A stretch of DNA of 64,000 nt from Chrysomallon squamiferum (taxonomy: Eukaryota > Animalia > Mollusca): positions 35,836,001 to 35,900,000 of the forward strand of contig CM022671.1 in NCBI GenBank assembly GCA_012295275.1. Direction: 5' to 3'. The position numbers and the translations under genes are program-made. Of this stretch, positions 39,281 to 60,824 are shown piece by piece (within the stretch, counting starts at the first letter, position 1; each line of letters begins with the position of its first letter). The notes under the pieces are model-generated. The model did not search any database. It was given only the letters and a program-made list of their open reading frames with translations, and was not told the DNA's origin.

Positions 39281-40112
39281 TGGCCTGTCTGTCGATCTGT
39301 CTCTCTTACTATCTGTCTATCTACCTATCCCTTCACTTTCTTTCTTTCTATTCTGTTTGTCTGTCTTTCTGCGTATCTTTCACTCGCCGTGCACGTGTCT
39401 GTGAGTCTGTATGTGTATTGTTTTTCTCATATCACTCTTGAGTGGAATTTAACGAATGTCAGTTTTTGTCTAAAACTTGCACGAAATAGAATTAATCATC
39501 GTTTTACAACAATACCCCATCATCACATCTCATCCATACAGACACAAAAAAAAAAAAAATGTCACACATGATAAACTCGTGTTAGTGACTGGTGCATACT
39601 TACTAATCATTTACTTATTTATCTCGAACACACGGGAGAGAGGTTTGGGGGGGGTAGATAACCATTGAGGAGATGTTTATCGACTGAAAAAATATATATA
39701 TTAGGGTGTCTGTTTTCCTCAGCTCGTGTACCCCGAGTTAAATTTAGCAACAGAAACATCACGAAGCGAGTCACGAGGAGATTGGTCATAGCACGCTCTG
39801 CTGGCCAGGTACAATGATACCACGAAACAGGTCTTTGTATCACACAGACTAATACAAAGGTTTATATAATTTGTCTTCACTTCAGTTTTGAAAACGTCTT
39901 CTGACAGAAATATTCAAACTCTGTGCGGGTACATTGAGACCTGTTCAGTATTTTACTTTTCTAAACTTTCGGAAATTTCGGTTTAGAATTATTACAAAGT
40001 GCCTTGTTGTGTTTTTTTACTGCACATTTTATTTTATTCTTTGTTTTGATTCTACATTTATTGGTGGAAAGTTTGATTTGAATATTAAAGAATTTTCACA
40101 CCTGCAACAAAC

Positions 40113-46901
<6,789 letters not shown>

Positions 46902-46934
46902 GACGACCAGAAAGAACATTGAAACGTGACAGTA

Positions 46935-48560
46935 TAAATTTTAATTTTGCTTTTGAAATGAAACATGTAAAAGTGTGTTTTACCTTTGAAATGAAACATC
47001 TAAATGTGTATTTTAATTTTGAAATGAAAAATGTAAATCTGTATTTTACTTTTGAAATGAAAAATTTAAATGTGTAGTTTATTTTTGAAATCAAAAATTT
47101 AAATGTGTATTTTTGCCCTTGAAACCAAACACCTAAATGTGTCATTTATATTTGAAAAAAAATGTAAATATGTATTTTATAACTGAAATTAAACATCTAA
47201 ATCTATATTTTATCTTTGAAACCAAACATCTAATGTATATTTTATCTTTGAAATGAAACATCTAATGTATATTTTTTTGTGTTAAAATGAAACATCTAAT
47301 GTATATTTTTTTGTGTTAAAATGAAACATCTAAATGGATATTTTATCCTTCAAATGTAACATCTTAATGTATTTTAACATTTGAAATGAAACATCTAATT
47401 TATATTTTATCTTTCAAATGAAACATCTGAATGTATATTTTTACCTTTGAGATGAAACATCTAAATGTGTATTTTACATCTGAAATTAAACATCTAAATG
47501 TGTATTTTTACCTTTGAAATGAAATATCTAATGTATATTTTATCTTTGAAATTTCTATTTTTAATCTTTCAAATGAAACATCTAAATGTGTATTTTTACA
47601 TTTGAAACGAAACATCTGTGTATTTTATCTCTGAAATGAAACATCTGAATGTGTATTTTTACCTTTGAAATGAAACATCTAAATGTGTATTTTTATCTTT
47701 GAAACGAAACATCTGTGTATTTTATCTTTGAAATGAAACATCTGAATGTGTATTTTTACCTTTCAAATGAAACATTTAATGTATATTTTATCTTTGAAAT
47801 TTCTACTATTAATCTTTGAAATGAAACATCTAATGTATATTTTACCTTTGAAACGAAACATCTAACTGTGTATTTTATCTTTGAAATGAAACATCTGAAT
47901 GTGTATTTTTACCTTTGAAATGAAACATTTAATGTATATTTTATCTTTGAAATTTCTACTATTAATCTTTGAAACGAAACATTTGAATATGTATTTTAAC
48001 CTTTGAAATGAAAAATTTAATGTATATTTTATCTTTTAAATTTCTATTTTTAATCCGAAAATGAAACATCTAAATATATATTTTATCCTTCAAATGAAAC
48101 ATCTAATGTATATTTTATCTTTGAAATGAAACATTTAAATATTTTATCTTTGAAGTTTCTACTATTAATCTTTCAAATGAAACATTTAATGTATATTTTA
48201 TCTTTGAAATTTCTATATTTAATCTTTCAAATGAAACATCTGAATGTATATTTTATCTTTGAAATGAAACATCTAATGTATATTTTACCTTTGAAATGAA
48301 ACATCTAAACGTGTATTTTTACCTTTCAAATGGAACATCTAAATTTGTATTTTTATCTTTGAAATGAAACATCCAAATGTGTGTTTTTGTCTTTGAAATG
48401 AAACATCTGAATGTATATTTTATCTTTGAAATGAAAAATCTAAATGTGTATTTTTACCTTTGAAATGAAACATCTAAACGTGTATTTTTACCTTTCAAAT
48501 GGAACATCTAAATGTGTATTTTTGTCTTTGAAATGAAACATCTGTATGTATATTTTATTC
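46935..48560. repeat. ~35-bp AT-rich minisatellite (~45 copies) just after the gene C stop codon
   Basis: Approximate unit tttgaaatgaaacatctaaatgtgtattttacc. AATAAA follows at ~48714. Confidence 0.92.
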
Positions 48561-48896
48561 TAAGATCAAAAGAGCACAATCTTGAAATTTCAGTGGAAAT
48601 TTCGCCAAATTCTTAAACCTATGCTAAAGACGTTTAATGGTATTTATGTTTTTTAAAATTTGTTTTGTGATTTTAGATTAACTTTTGTTTGTCTGTGGGA
48701 AGGGTCTAATAATAATAAAACTTAATGACATGTACATAACTTTACATTATTAACATTTTCTGATTTATATTGCTTTATATGTTTTTATAGATAAAATCTT
48801 GTACGTATTTTTTTTATTATTATTATTACTATTATTATTTTTAATGTTATTATTATTATTGTCGCTGTTATTATATTATTATTGTTGTTTTTAATG

Positions 48897-48935
<39 letters not shown>

Positions 48936-49806
48936 CTGTTAATAATGTTATTATCATTGTTGCTGTTATTATTATTATTATTATTATATTATTATTATTG
49001 TTTTTATGATTATTATTGTTGTTATTATTTATGTATTGTTTATTTTCTTAGTTATTTAATTACTTAATGATTAATTTATTTCCTTACGTTTCTGTTTATT
49101 ACAAAGTATTGTAAATAAACTGAAATAACACGTGTTTAAACTATTCGTTGTTTTTACTTATTATTATAATACTGGTGACTCACACGTTTTATCTCAGAGT
49201 TTTTCCATAATTCAGCAAAAAACTATATCTTGTATTTATCTGGAATATATTGTTCAGTAAACGTAGACAGTGATAGCCTAGGTTGGTAGCAAAGTTTTAA
49301 ACTGTAAGTGATCTTGCTTTTTCTTTTTATTTAATAATTTAATAGCGTGTTTGATTAACAGTGTCAAGATTCAGAATTTTTACTTGTTTTCTTTTTACTC
49401 TAGATTTTTTTATATATTACTGCAGTGTATTAGATATTAGTGTTGTAATTTTCTTTGTAATTAACATTACTGATACAAGACTTGTAATTTTTCATTAATA
49501 AATTAATATTTTAATATAAAATGTTTTCAGGTTATGTTTCTTTAGATGAGACAGACATACGAACAAACAAATAAAGATACATATATATATACATACATGC
49601 AGGCATACATACATATATACATACATACATATATACATACATACATACATACATACATACATACATACATACATACATACATACATACATACATACATAC
49701 ATACATACATACATACACACATACATACATACACACATACATACACACATACATACACACATACATACACACATACATACACACATTATATACATACATA
49801 CATACA

Positions 49807-49839
<33 letters not shown>

Positions 49840-49840
49840 T

Positions 49841-50015
49841 GTTGTCTTGATGGCAAACAAAACAACGGTAACATCATCCGCCTATGGAGTGCGGGTCAGT
49901 GGGTGCTTTATGTTCGAGTCTTGTCAGTGACATCTGACATTTGTGATTAGCCTTACTGAATATTGTCTACGTTCAGAGTCTAATCAGACGTACATAATGC
50001 AACAAAATATTCACA
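49841..50015 (+). mobile_element. tRNA-derived SINE-like element, copy 2 (degenerate, internally deleted)
   Basis: ggtaacatcatccgcctatggagtgcgggt...gttcgagtc...cagagtctaatcagacgtacataa aligns by eye with 36022-36225. Confidence 0.7.
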
Positions 50016-50829
50016 CACACACGCACACGCATATATATATATATATATATACACACACATACAGATATCAGATATATTCGTCAACACCCAAATAATAAAT
50101 ATGTATTAGAATCGCAGATTTGAACAATTTTATAACCAAGTTGTTCTGCTTCTGTCACCACCTTCTTCACAAACACAGCTAATAAGAAAAACGTGGGCTT
50201 TTTATCCTGCAGTGTAAGTTTACTTGTATTAAAACACACATCCCAGCTCTTCTCGTGTACACATCATCTCAGCGGGTCCATGATTCAAAAGTGTGTTTAT
50301 CTTAAACATTTGTCTTTTGTCCGTCCGGGCGTCCTTCAAACAGGAGGGACAGTTAGAAGATTACGTCACACCTTCCTACCCGTTTCACGACAGTCTACGT
50401 CAAACGATTGTGTTGAACATGACTGTGGTTTTTGTCTATCAGTTTTTAATCTTATAGTGTGTTAAATATTAGTAAAAAAATTTGTCTTCCGAGTTAAATG
50501 GTTAAGTTAAAAAAAGTTATTGCATGGAGAGATAAAAAGAATGGAGTTGCTAATTATGTAATAATTTAAAAAGGAAAAAGGTTCTTGGTTTCGTTCGCTT
50601 TGTGATGAAGATGGGTTTTTTTGTTTGTTTAATTCTGATGCTGTAAATAGAGGTATGTTTGTTGTTTTATTTGTTTTTATTTATTTATTTTAAAAAAAAA
50701 ATTATTTATTTATTTATTTATTTTTGTTTTTATTTTATTTATTTATTTTTAAAAAATTTTGATTTATTTAATTATTTATTTATTTATTTTTGTTTTTATT
50801 TTATTTATTTATTTTTTTAAATTTTTGAT

Positions 50830-50893
<64 letters not shown>

Positions 50894-51489
50894 AAATTTT
50901 AAAATTTTATAAAATAGTTTTTTACTTATTATTATCATTATTACTTTCTTTTTTTTTGTCTACGTTGTTATGTTTGCAGTGTATATTCACAGGACTGGAT
51001 TTAAATGTGGCGAAATCCTAAACTAGGGAAAATTTTTAAAGATTTTATATAACAGAAAACAGTGTTATGTAATAAGTGTACAGTAGCTGTCTGTAAGAAG
51101 TAACTTTAATGTTTTGTAATAAGTAAGCAAGTAAGTAAACTTTTAGCTTGTAGTTCAGTTCTGTACACACACTTCTCGTGTCTAGTGACAAAACACAGAC
51201 GCGTTTCAAGCTGTTAGAGAGTACACAGTCATTTAGAGTTAGACGCTGAACTGAGGTGTGCAAGGTTGCGGGATCGACTCTCCTCGGAGTTTCTGTTGTT
51301 TTTTTTCTGTCACTTTCAGACACACGAAGAGATGTTTATTTAATATATTTCTCTGACACACTCTCCTAATTCTTCTGCATACGTGTTAAATGATTTCCCA
51401 TTCCAAACTGAACCCCACATCGACGTTTTGTCGTTGCAAGAAGTACATATGGCAGTAATTCCTAGTGAGGCGGTTTTCTCGGTGTTAGT

Positions 51490-53669
51490 ATGAAAATTTG
51501 TTTTGTTTCAGTTGTGATATCGTGTTTATGGGTGCAGTTTGTCTTGGTACTATCCGGTGTAAAATGCAAGTCCTGGAAAAACGGGCAAGTATAATTTTGT
51601 GATATTATGTTGTGTTGTGTTCTGTTGTGTTGGGTGGTTTTATGATGTGTTCTGTTGTGTTGTGTTGTATTATGTAATGTTATGTTATGTAATGTGATGT
51701 TTGGGTACTACTGTGTAATGTATAGTGTTGTGTTATATTATGTTGCATTACATAATATTGTATTGTGTTATACTGTGTTGTATTACGCTATTCTATGTTT
51801 TGTTGTGTTATTTTAGAGGATATTATGTTATTTGTTTGTTGCTTATTTATATATTTATTTATTTACATTTTATTTTATTTTATTTTATTTTTAATATTTT
51901 GTTTGTTTGTGTGTGTGTGTCTAATTCCTGGTATATCTGCTTATGTATTAGTGTATTTATTTACTGTTTATTTCGTTTTTTAAATATTTATTTATTTCAG
52001 ATTACGATTTCCTTTTTTAAACAGCAACAACAGCAACACAAGTTATGTGAAGATATGTTGCAAATATGGTGGATATTTTACAACGTGGTCTGATAACTGC
52101 TGTGAAACAAATATGAAGTAAGTAAACACTGCTATATACCGTGACGTCAAAACATCACTTGGATCGAATCCAGCTGCCGACGCAGACATGTCATCAAGTT
52201 TTAACCTTATCCCTGTTATTACTGTCAACTCCAATTCAGCAAAGAGTAGACTTGCTGTCGTAAACAAATAGCCGATATACATACTGAATGCTACATGTCA
52301 GAAGCCAAAGTTTTATAATAATAAAGTATGAGAAAACTAAAATATCTCAGCTGAGATCCATATTAGTGCATGCCAGTACTGTAGTAGAGCTGTGGGTTAT
52401 CAGCAAACTGAGGAACGCGGGATCAAATCCTCTCTGCCATAGCTGAGTAACTTCTGATCTCCTCATGTCGTATTATGCATACTTTATTATTAGCAAAGTA
52501 ACAATGATAACTCTAAAGCCACTGAAAACGAGGTCAAGCTGTTTGTTAAGGACACTTTAGTACGGTTTAAGAACATAGTACGTTGTTAATGTGATCTTCC
52601 TCGACCAAACTGCACTCACAAAAAACAAAACAAACAAACAAAAAAACTCCGAAAGCCTATAAACAACAACAATAGAAAGAAAGATCAATTTACGAAGAAT
52701 GAATCTTACCTGTCCCGTGACTCTGACGTCACAGCCGTGTATCGATATCGCCGTGTGTGACTTGCATGTCAGGGTAAGATAATATGCTGACGTTGTTGTC
52801 TAGCAGACGCGAAATAAAAGGATTATTTGAATGAATAAATACACAAAAGAAAGAAAGAATAATCGATTATTTAAGTACCCCCTAAAATAATCAAATATAC
52901 GTAGCTGAAACGTACACGAACACACACACACAAACACACACACATAAACACACACAAACACACACACTCAATAAGAGTGATAACGAAAAGAATATTATAA
53001 AAATGTTATAAATGCACGCTGATGATTGTGAAAAAGATTTTATGATGATGATATTCTAAAATTAAAAACTAACTTAACAAAAAAAAAAAAAAAAAAAATC
53101 GAGGAATGTGGATGAGAAATTTTGTATTTTTTTTGTTTCTGTTCATTATTTTTCTTTCTGTATTTTTCTCTTTTTTCTCGCTCTCATTACTGTCTTTCCT
53201 TCTTTACTTTTCTACCTTTCTTCGTCATTTTATAGAAAATTTCCTTTCGTCATTCTCGCACGCTCAGTAACAGTGTTGTTTGCACATATCAGGTTTTCAC
53301 TGTGTTTCAGTGTCGTGTGCACACGTGTGTGTCACTCTGGCCCCGTGTCACTCTCAACACAGCTAAACACAAACACGATCAAAGCAACGTTACCGTTTCA
53401 CTGTAAGTATACGTGCTTTAACAAACAAAATTAAAATTAAATTAAAATTAAAATGGTTTAAATAATAAATAAACAAATAAATAAATAGCCCTAATAACTA
53501 ATCCTATCCCTAACCCAAAACACAAGCATAACCCTAATCGTTAGCCTAACCCTAAACCTAAAATAAAAAAAGTAAAATAAAAAAAAAAATTAAAAAAAAG
53601 AAGAAAAGAAAGAAAGAAGAAAGGTTCAATTCATTATTTTCACAACTGATTAAAATTTTGTCCCTCTAT

Positions 53670-53712
<43 letters not shown>

Positions 53713-55918
53713 TGTGTTTATTTATTCAGTTCTGCTACAGACAACCTACACACTGACTACACATGGTAATTACATAAAGCTGAAGCTAGAAATTAAACCA
53801 AGGTTTGTTCCATGCTAAAGGTGACAGGTAAGTTAGTGTTGTTGACTTTGTCGTCATCTGACTGTTTTTATTATTATTATTGTTATTATTATTATTATTA
53901 CGTACGTACGTACGTATGTGTGTTTGTATGTGTGTGTGTACGTATGTATGGATTTATAAAAATATGCATGAATACATATAAGTGTAAATTCATGTTATAT
54001 ATATATATTTTTATTTAGCTGTGTAAAATTTGACTTTTGTATTCTAATCATTAAATTTATTATTTCAGAATTCTTCTCGATTTCATCAGCTGTGTAAAGA
54101 CTACGACAACGTCAGCAACACCATGTAAGTATTCCTACATTGTCTGTAACGCACAGATGACGTACGTGTGTAACGTACGTGATCTGTACGTAATAGAAAT
54201 GTAACACATTTTAAATTTCAAACGCTAATATATAATATAATTAAGCATTTGATATTTTTATTGCGTCTTTTGTCAAACTTATATATTTAGTTATTTATTT
54301 ACTTACTGTTTAAAGATTTTTTATTTTCTCTGATTTAAGGTGTTCGTCAGTTAGTGAAACTTCTACAAAAACATTCCAGTGAAAACACGACTACGTTTAA
54401 TTTAACATCACCAAATGCTCAAACGACAGCATCTTTCTCTTCATCGACGATTTCAAAATTAAAATCTTCATCCAGCAGTGCTGAATTAAAAACTACAACA
54501 CAGCTGTTGTCGTCAACACCAACATCATCTTATATTGGTAGAACGTCAACAAGGTCCTTCACGACATCACAACATAAAGTAACATCGGCTTTGACATTAG
54601 AAGAAATACCGAAAACAACATCGCACCAGTTAACTGCCCGAACAGCTCCTACGTCAACGACAACAGCGTCTTTGTATCACCAGACAAACGTAGTTCAAAA
54701 TATCACAAGTGAATCAACTCCATCGACGTCAACATTGACACTGAGTTCTGTCACTGAGTCACTGACGACCTCAACGATGCCAGCGACATCAGTGTCACCT
54801 ACGACAACATCACTGCTTGCATCAGAACAACTCAAAGACTCACAATGGTCGTCTAGACGTATTCTGATTGGCGTTGTTGTTGGCGTTGTTCTCACTGGCG
54901 TCATGCTAGTGTCTGTGATTATTGTTTTATACTGCATTCTCAGAAACAAAAGGTAAATAATAAATGAATCGTCATCATCATCATCACCATCGTCATCATC
55001 ATCATCATCATCATCATCGTCATCTTCCTATTATTAGTATTATCATTGATGTGGTTGTTGATGCAATAGTTGTTGTTAACATATTATTGTTTATTTCAGA
55101 AAATCTCCAGGAAAACAAGATGATATATACAACGATAACGTTCAACAAAAGGTATATACATACATATATACATGATGTGTGTGTGTGCGCGTGTGTGTGT
55201 GCGTGTGTGTGTGTGCGCGCGTGTGTGTGTGTATATATAGTTTATTATAAACATCTTTTCAGTCATTACTTTACACACAAGCGCTGTGTCACAACTGTAT
55301 CATTATTTCTAATTAATATAAAAATGTTTTTTTTTTTTTTTTCAAATGAATTTAGTTCATTCACTTTCGAGTTTTTACGATGACTTGGTAGTTAACATGA
55401 GTAACAAATAGATAAACAGTAATGCTAGTAAAATTTTATTTGAAAATATAACGAAATAGTTGAAAAAGAAAGAAAGAAAAAAAGAAAGAAAGAAAGAAAG
55501 AATAACAATAAATGGCAATACAAAGTTTTATAAAATATGATGTTTAAAATTCCAATACTTTCAGAAAGCCCCCAGACCCGTGGACAACCCTCTGTACAAC
55601 TTGTCCACAGAAGACGTGCTCATTACGTCACAGAATAGCGACATTCCGGTTACGTCACCAAGCAATGAAAAGTACCAAACAAGACACGTATTTACGATTT
55701 CTGATGACGTCATATCGGTTAACGATAATGACTATGCGACCATTCGACAGCTGGGAGTCTCTTCCGTACTGACGTCATCAGTTCGTAGCTCTTCGTCGGG
55801 AATTTACGATACACTAAATCACGTGATTCGAAAAGACAGATTATCACTGGCTGACTGCCATGTATACAACAGACCACGTGATCTATCAGGAGAGTATGAT
55901 AGATTAAAAATTAAATAA
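51490..55918 (+). CDS. Receptor D: type I membrane protein with mucin-like stalk, ~483 aa, 8 exons
   Basis: Exons 51490-51584 (GC donor), 52001-52117, 53311-53402, 53730-53802, 54069-54124, 54340-54952, 55100-55151, 55565-55918 total 1452 nt. Signal MKICFVSVVISCLWVQFVLVLSG; KICCKY...DNCCE; VCTRVC; S/T stalk; TM ILIGVVVGVVLTGVMLVSVIIVLYCIL-RNKR; tail DNPLY, DYATI, IYDTL, EYDRL. The start exon is less certain. Confidence 0.82.
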
Positions 55919-56044
55919 ACTGTTCTAAAGTGGATACAAACTTATTATTATTATTATTATTATACTTATTATTAGCTTAAATTTTTTTTTATAAAATCTA
56001 ATGGCAAAACTATTGTATACAAACTGCCCCAGAAAAGCAAAGAG

Positions 56045-56178
<134 letters not shown>

Positions 56179-56230
56179 ATAATTTGAATCACTTTCAAAC
56201 ATTTGACGCTCAACCTTTCGCGTGATTATT

Positions 56231-59200
56231 TTACACTTCTGTGACGTCATCGCGCTCCAACACAAAATACAGAACAGTGTTTTCAATAGAAGAGTGTTGA
56301 TTTCTGTAATCCCCGCTTGTGTCTTGATCCCAGAACCCACCGCACAACTCAGAGTGTCTGTCCCGTTTCCTTTCTACACAGAAATCTTTCCGAGACATCA
56401 TTAGTCCTCCGTCTGCTTCCGTTTCCTGAATATCTCGTCTACACTTAGTGTCTGCTGTAGATCTGTTAGTGTCTGGACTATCAGTTTTGGAGCTGGGAAC
56501 ATTGGCGTAACCAGAGAAGTGTTGTCCATTGTGGAAGTCAGTGTTTGAGAAGTTCTGAGTGTCACAGAAATAAGAATTCAAACTTAGTGTACAAGAACAA
56601 TTATCCAGGCTAGACGAGGATGTATTTCCAGTATCGTAGTTTATATTCGTATGACCAGAATCTATTACGCAATGATCATATCCATCCAGTTCCTTCATTA
56701 CGTCATTAGTATACGATTTGACGTCAGCTCTGGACATTGCGTCATACCTTGTTAAATTTCCTTCACTAACGACGCCATCTTCGTTATCGAAACAGTCGAG
56801 TCTGTTGTACATGTGGGTCGGCGTTGTTGTGGTTGTCGTGTAGCCTAATGTGTTGTAGCTGGCGGAGATGACGTCTGATGATGAGTCCTGCGTGGTCAAC
56901 GTGTCCACTGAACCGATCTGTGCGTACAGGGACTCGCAAGATTGCTGAGTGTCTGAGACCATTCCAATAATGTCAGGAACTGTGACAGAGTAACAGGGGT
57001 TCGCCACTGGCGAGATCTGAAAAATTTGTTTATAGATTAATCTACTAGCTAATTACAACAGCAACAACAACAACAAAAAATAAATAAATAAATAAAAAAA
57101 AAGAAGAAGAAAAAAGTCAACAGAGAATGAAAACTGTGTCTCTTACACACACAGATGTATAAATATATATATATTTATATGTATATATAATTTTAATGAT
57201 GAACCGAATTAATAAATGAAGATAAAAAAAAAAAATATATATGAACGATGAAGTTAATGAATAAGTAAAGGAATTAACAAATAAACTGTTTGAACTTTTG
57301 AGACAAAGTACAAATACAAATATTAACGTGAACATGAAGTGAAATATGAAAATACAAACTTTGGGTTTCTGTACCGCATCACTTCTCAAGTCACAGTTTC
57401 GCTTGGAATTTCTGAAAAATAAAAACACAAATTAAAAATGTAGGTTAGTTTGAATTTAGTATTTTATCTACACACAATATTTACTCAGTCTGAATATTCT
57501 ACTCATTACAAAGAGTACAGATAAATCAAAATTTGTTATAAACAAATAATTATCAATAAATAAATAAATAAATAAACAAATAAATAAATAAATAAATAAA
57601 TAAATATCCTGTTAGATAACCTCGTCTCAAAAAAAATTTTTTTTCCTTCTTCATTTATTTAGTTTGTAATCTGTTTCTACAATGTTCTTTTAATGTAATA
57701 TATCTTTTGTAATTAATTGTAATTAATTTTTTTTTTTTTTTTTTTTTAATTCAGTAATACACAATTTTCTTTCTAAGGTTTTGTTTCCTTATTTCTTAAT
57801 TTCATTATTTCTGTTATTATTGTTATTTTTAATTAGTTTCTGTAATTCGTACTTTGTACACAAACGTGAATTCAAGAATGTGACTAACAAGTAAACTACC
57901 TGTGTCCAGACCGGACCCAGCACAGAAACACGATTATAGCTGTCAGCACGGCTCCACCCATCAACCCACACACTGTACCCACCACGAAATTCACCGTGTA
58001 CACAGTCGAACCTAGCCCACCGTCTAAAACACAAAACATAACATTTAAACCAGAAATACAAGTATTTCAAACAGTAGTGATACACACATATACATACACA
58101 CACTGTACCCACCACGAAATTCACCATATACATATAGCCCATAAATCCATTTAAACCAGAAATAGAAATATTTCAAATATCCATATCCATATCCGTATCC
58201 ATATACATATCCATATATACATATATTAAAAGTTTACGTTTTACGAATACTGCTACACTTTTGTTGCATGGTTTCGTTTTATTTCATTTATTCCATATTT
58301 TTCAATAACTATTTTTATTTCAAAACGTAAATATTTACTGTATTAAATTTAAAAGGGTATGATTAAATTCAGCAATTGAAATAAAAGTATGAATGTAACG
58401 AACGACTCGCGAATGTACGGATGGGTCGGTAACGGGTTCTAGACTGATGTACTGACGGATGAACAAATGAACGGAACGACTGATATAAAATATTTAAACA
58501 TCAGACAGTGATCATTAAGTTTCTGGCTGAGTGTGATTATTTTTTAGTATAAAATTATAGCCTGTTAGTGATTTTTTTAATGGCATTACATTAGTTCACG
58601 AGTGAAAACCTGCACAGTTTCGGTATAATTACAGAGAAAATTAGAATGTCGGTATTTCTATTATAACACAAGTCACCTTCTAAGGATGTAGTTTCAAATA
58701 CGTAGCTACGAATAGGTGCCGTTGTTGTCGTAGTTTTCTTTTCTGATGATGACGTCTTCACTCCTGTTGTTTTCAAATTTACTGAAGTGGTTACAATGTG
58801 TTCCTCTGTGACAGACTCCGAAGTAGGAGATGACGTCACAAACATTGTCGTTGGTGACGAAGATGCTGTAGACACGGATGCTGGTGACATATTCTTTGTT
58901 ACGTCATCAGCGGCTAGGAAATTAAATGTCCTTGCCGCAGCAGCTGCAATCGATTGCGTCACTTCTGTAGCCTCGTCTTCGAAATGTTCATTCTGGAACT
59001 GAATAAAGGCGATTAAATCTGCGACACCTGAAATAACAAAAATTCAAATAATTCAAAACACTGCTTTATAATCTGCCAGTAGCATCATATTTACCTGTTA
59101 ATGTTATAACAATAATTTGTGTATGATGCAGATTTTTAGTTCAGGATTCTAAAACAGTTTAAACATAATAGAAATAAAAAAGCTGAGGTAAAAGTTGAAG

Positions 59201-59494
59201 TTTTTTTTAAATTATCTAAAATACTTACATTTTGTTGCATTATCAGGATCCTTTTTAACACATTTTTCAAATTCGCAAAGATTCCTGGAATATTATAAAT
59301 AATATATATATTTAAAATTTATTTATTTATTATTTATTTATTTAAAAAAAAAAAAAAAAAAAAAATAACAATAATGATGAAATAATAATAATCGAAAAAG
59401 ACACAGAGAAAATATTAATGAATTAACAGAATAAAAAAAATGCATATTATTCTCATCGTCATCATCATCATCATCATCGTCATATCATTGTGAC

Positions 59495-59536
<42 letters not shown>

Positions 59537-60749
59537 ACATACCTCTGGGTACATTTTCTTTTAGGTCTGGCAACCCAGTTCATATCCACAGATATATTAA
59601 TATATCGCACTGCAGCTTCTACTGTTAAATTTAACACTGAAATAAATAAATATATATATACCTATATGTATTTATTTATTTCACTGTTAAATTTAACAGT
59701 ATATATATATACATAAATGCACAGATAAACATTTAAGTGGACAGAGTTACAGACGGACTTAACAAACCTTGATACTCGTTGTCTTTGACTGGTATGGTTC
59801 CGCGAATTGTTGTTTTACGAAGAGGAGCTCTCAAGTTTAACCTTTCCACCTGACAAACAGACGAACAGATTCCCCTACAAACAGACAAAACTTGAAATTA
59901 AATTTTTTTAATAATAATGATAATAATGTTATTTCTTATCGAACCTGGCTTCATAAAATGACGTCAACAATAAAATGACGTCAATAATAAAATGACGTCA
60001 CAGAGGGATAAGAGCGATAACTAAATTCTGATCAGAAATCACTATATTTTATTTAAATTTAAACAGAGTATAATCTAAGAAACTATTTACCATGGGTCCG
60101 ATTCCTGATCTCGACAACAGTTAGAGTTCCTAGTTCGGGGTCCGGTTAGATGTGTACAACATACAGTCAAGTGGTAAGATTCACCGTAATGTTGATTCCT
60201 GCAAATAAATATACGATGAGTTCTTGTATTATATTTTATTTTAATTTTATTTTATTTTTATGTTAATTCACTTTCATCGCTTTTTCTATCTTCCTTTCTT
60301 TATTTGTTATTATTTATTTGTTTGTTTAATTTTTAATTTTAATATTTTATATTTCATTTTTTTTATTTTAATTAATTAATTTGTATTATATGTGTTATTT
60401 ATTTATTTACGTTTTTTTTTTTTTTTTTAAAACTGGTATGAATTAGGTCCGTGTACTAAACATCTGTTGCGTGACTCTACAACACAGAGATGTGATGATA
60501 AACGAGCAAGCAGGTTGTACACGTCACGATAGTTCAGACTTCTGTAGGTATGCGTCACGAAGTAAGACCACGGATGTTTACAAAACTTCTAAACACGCAG
60601 ACTCTTTTATCAGAGTCATAATCACCGCTTCCTGTGCGGAAATATTAAATTTTTGTGATTTTTTTATTTCTAAAAGAAAACTGACAAATTATTAATAGAC
60701 TTCGTACAGCTCGAGGCAAAACAAATAACCGCATAGATGTTTGTGTTAA

Positions 60750-60824
<75 letters not shown>

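Noticed and set aside
38443-39571. MYVC/HTYI ORFs, and similar poly-I, -L, -Y, ER, CV, FILFY ORFs across the window
   Set aside because: They are translations of (TATG)n, (TAA)n, (GA)n, (CA)n and (TATTT)n microsatellites.
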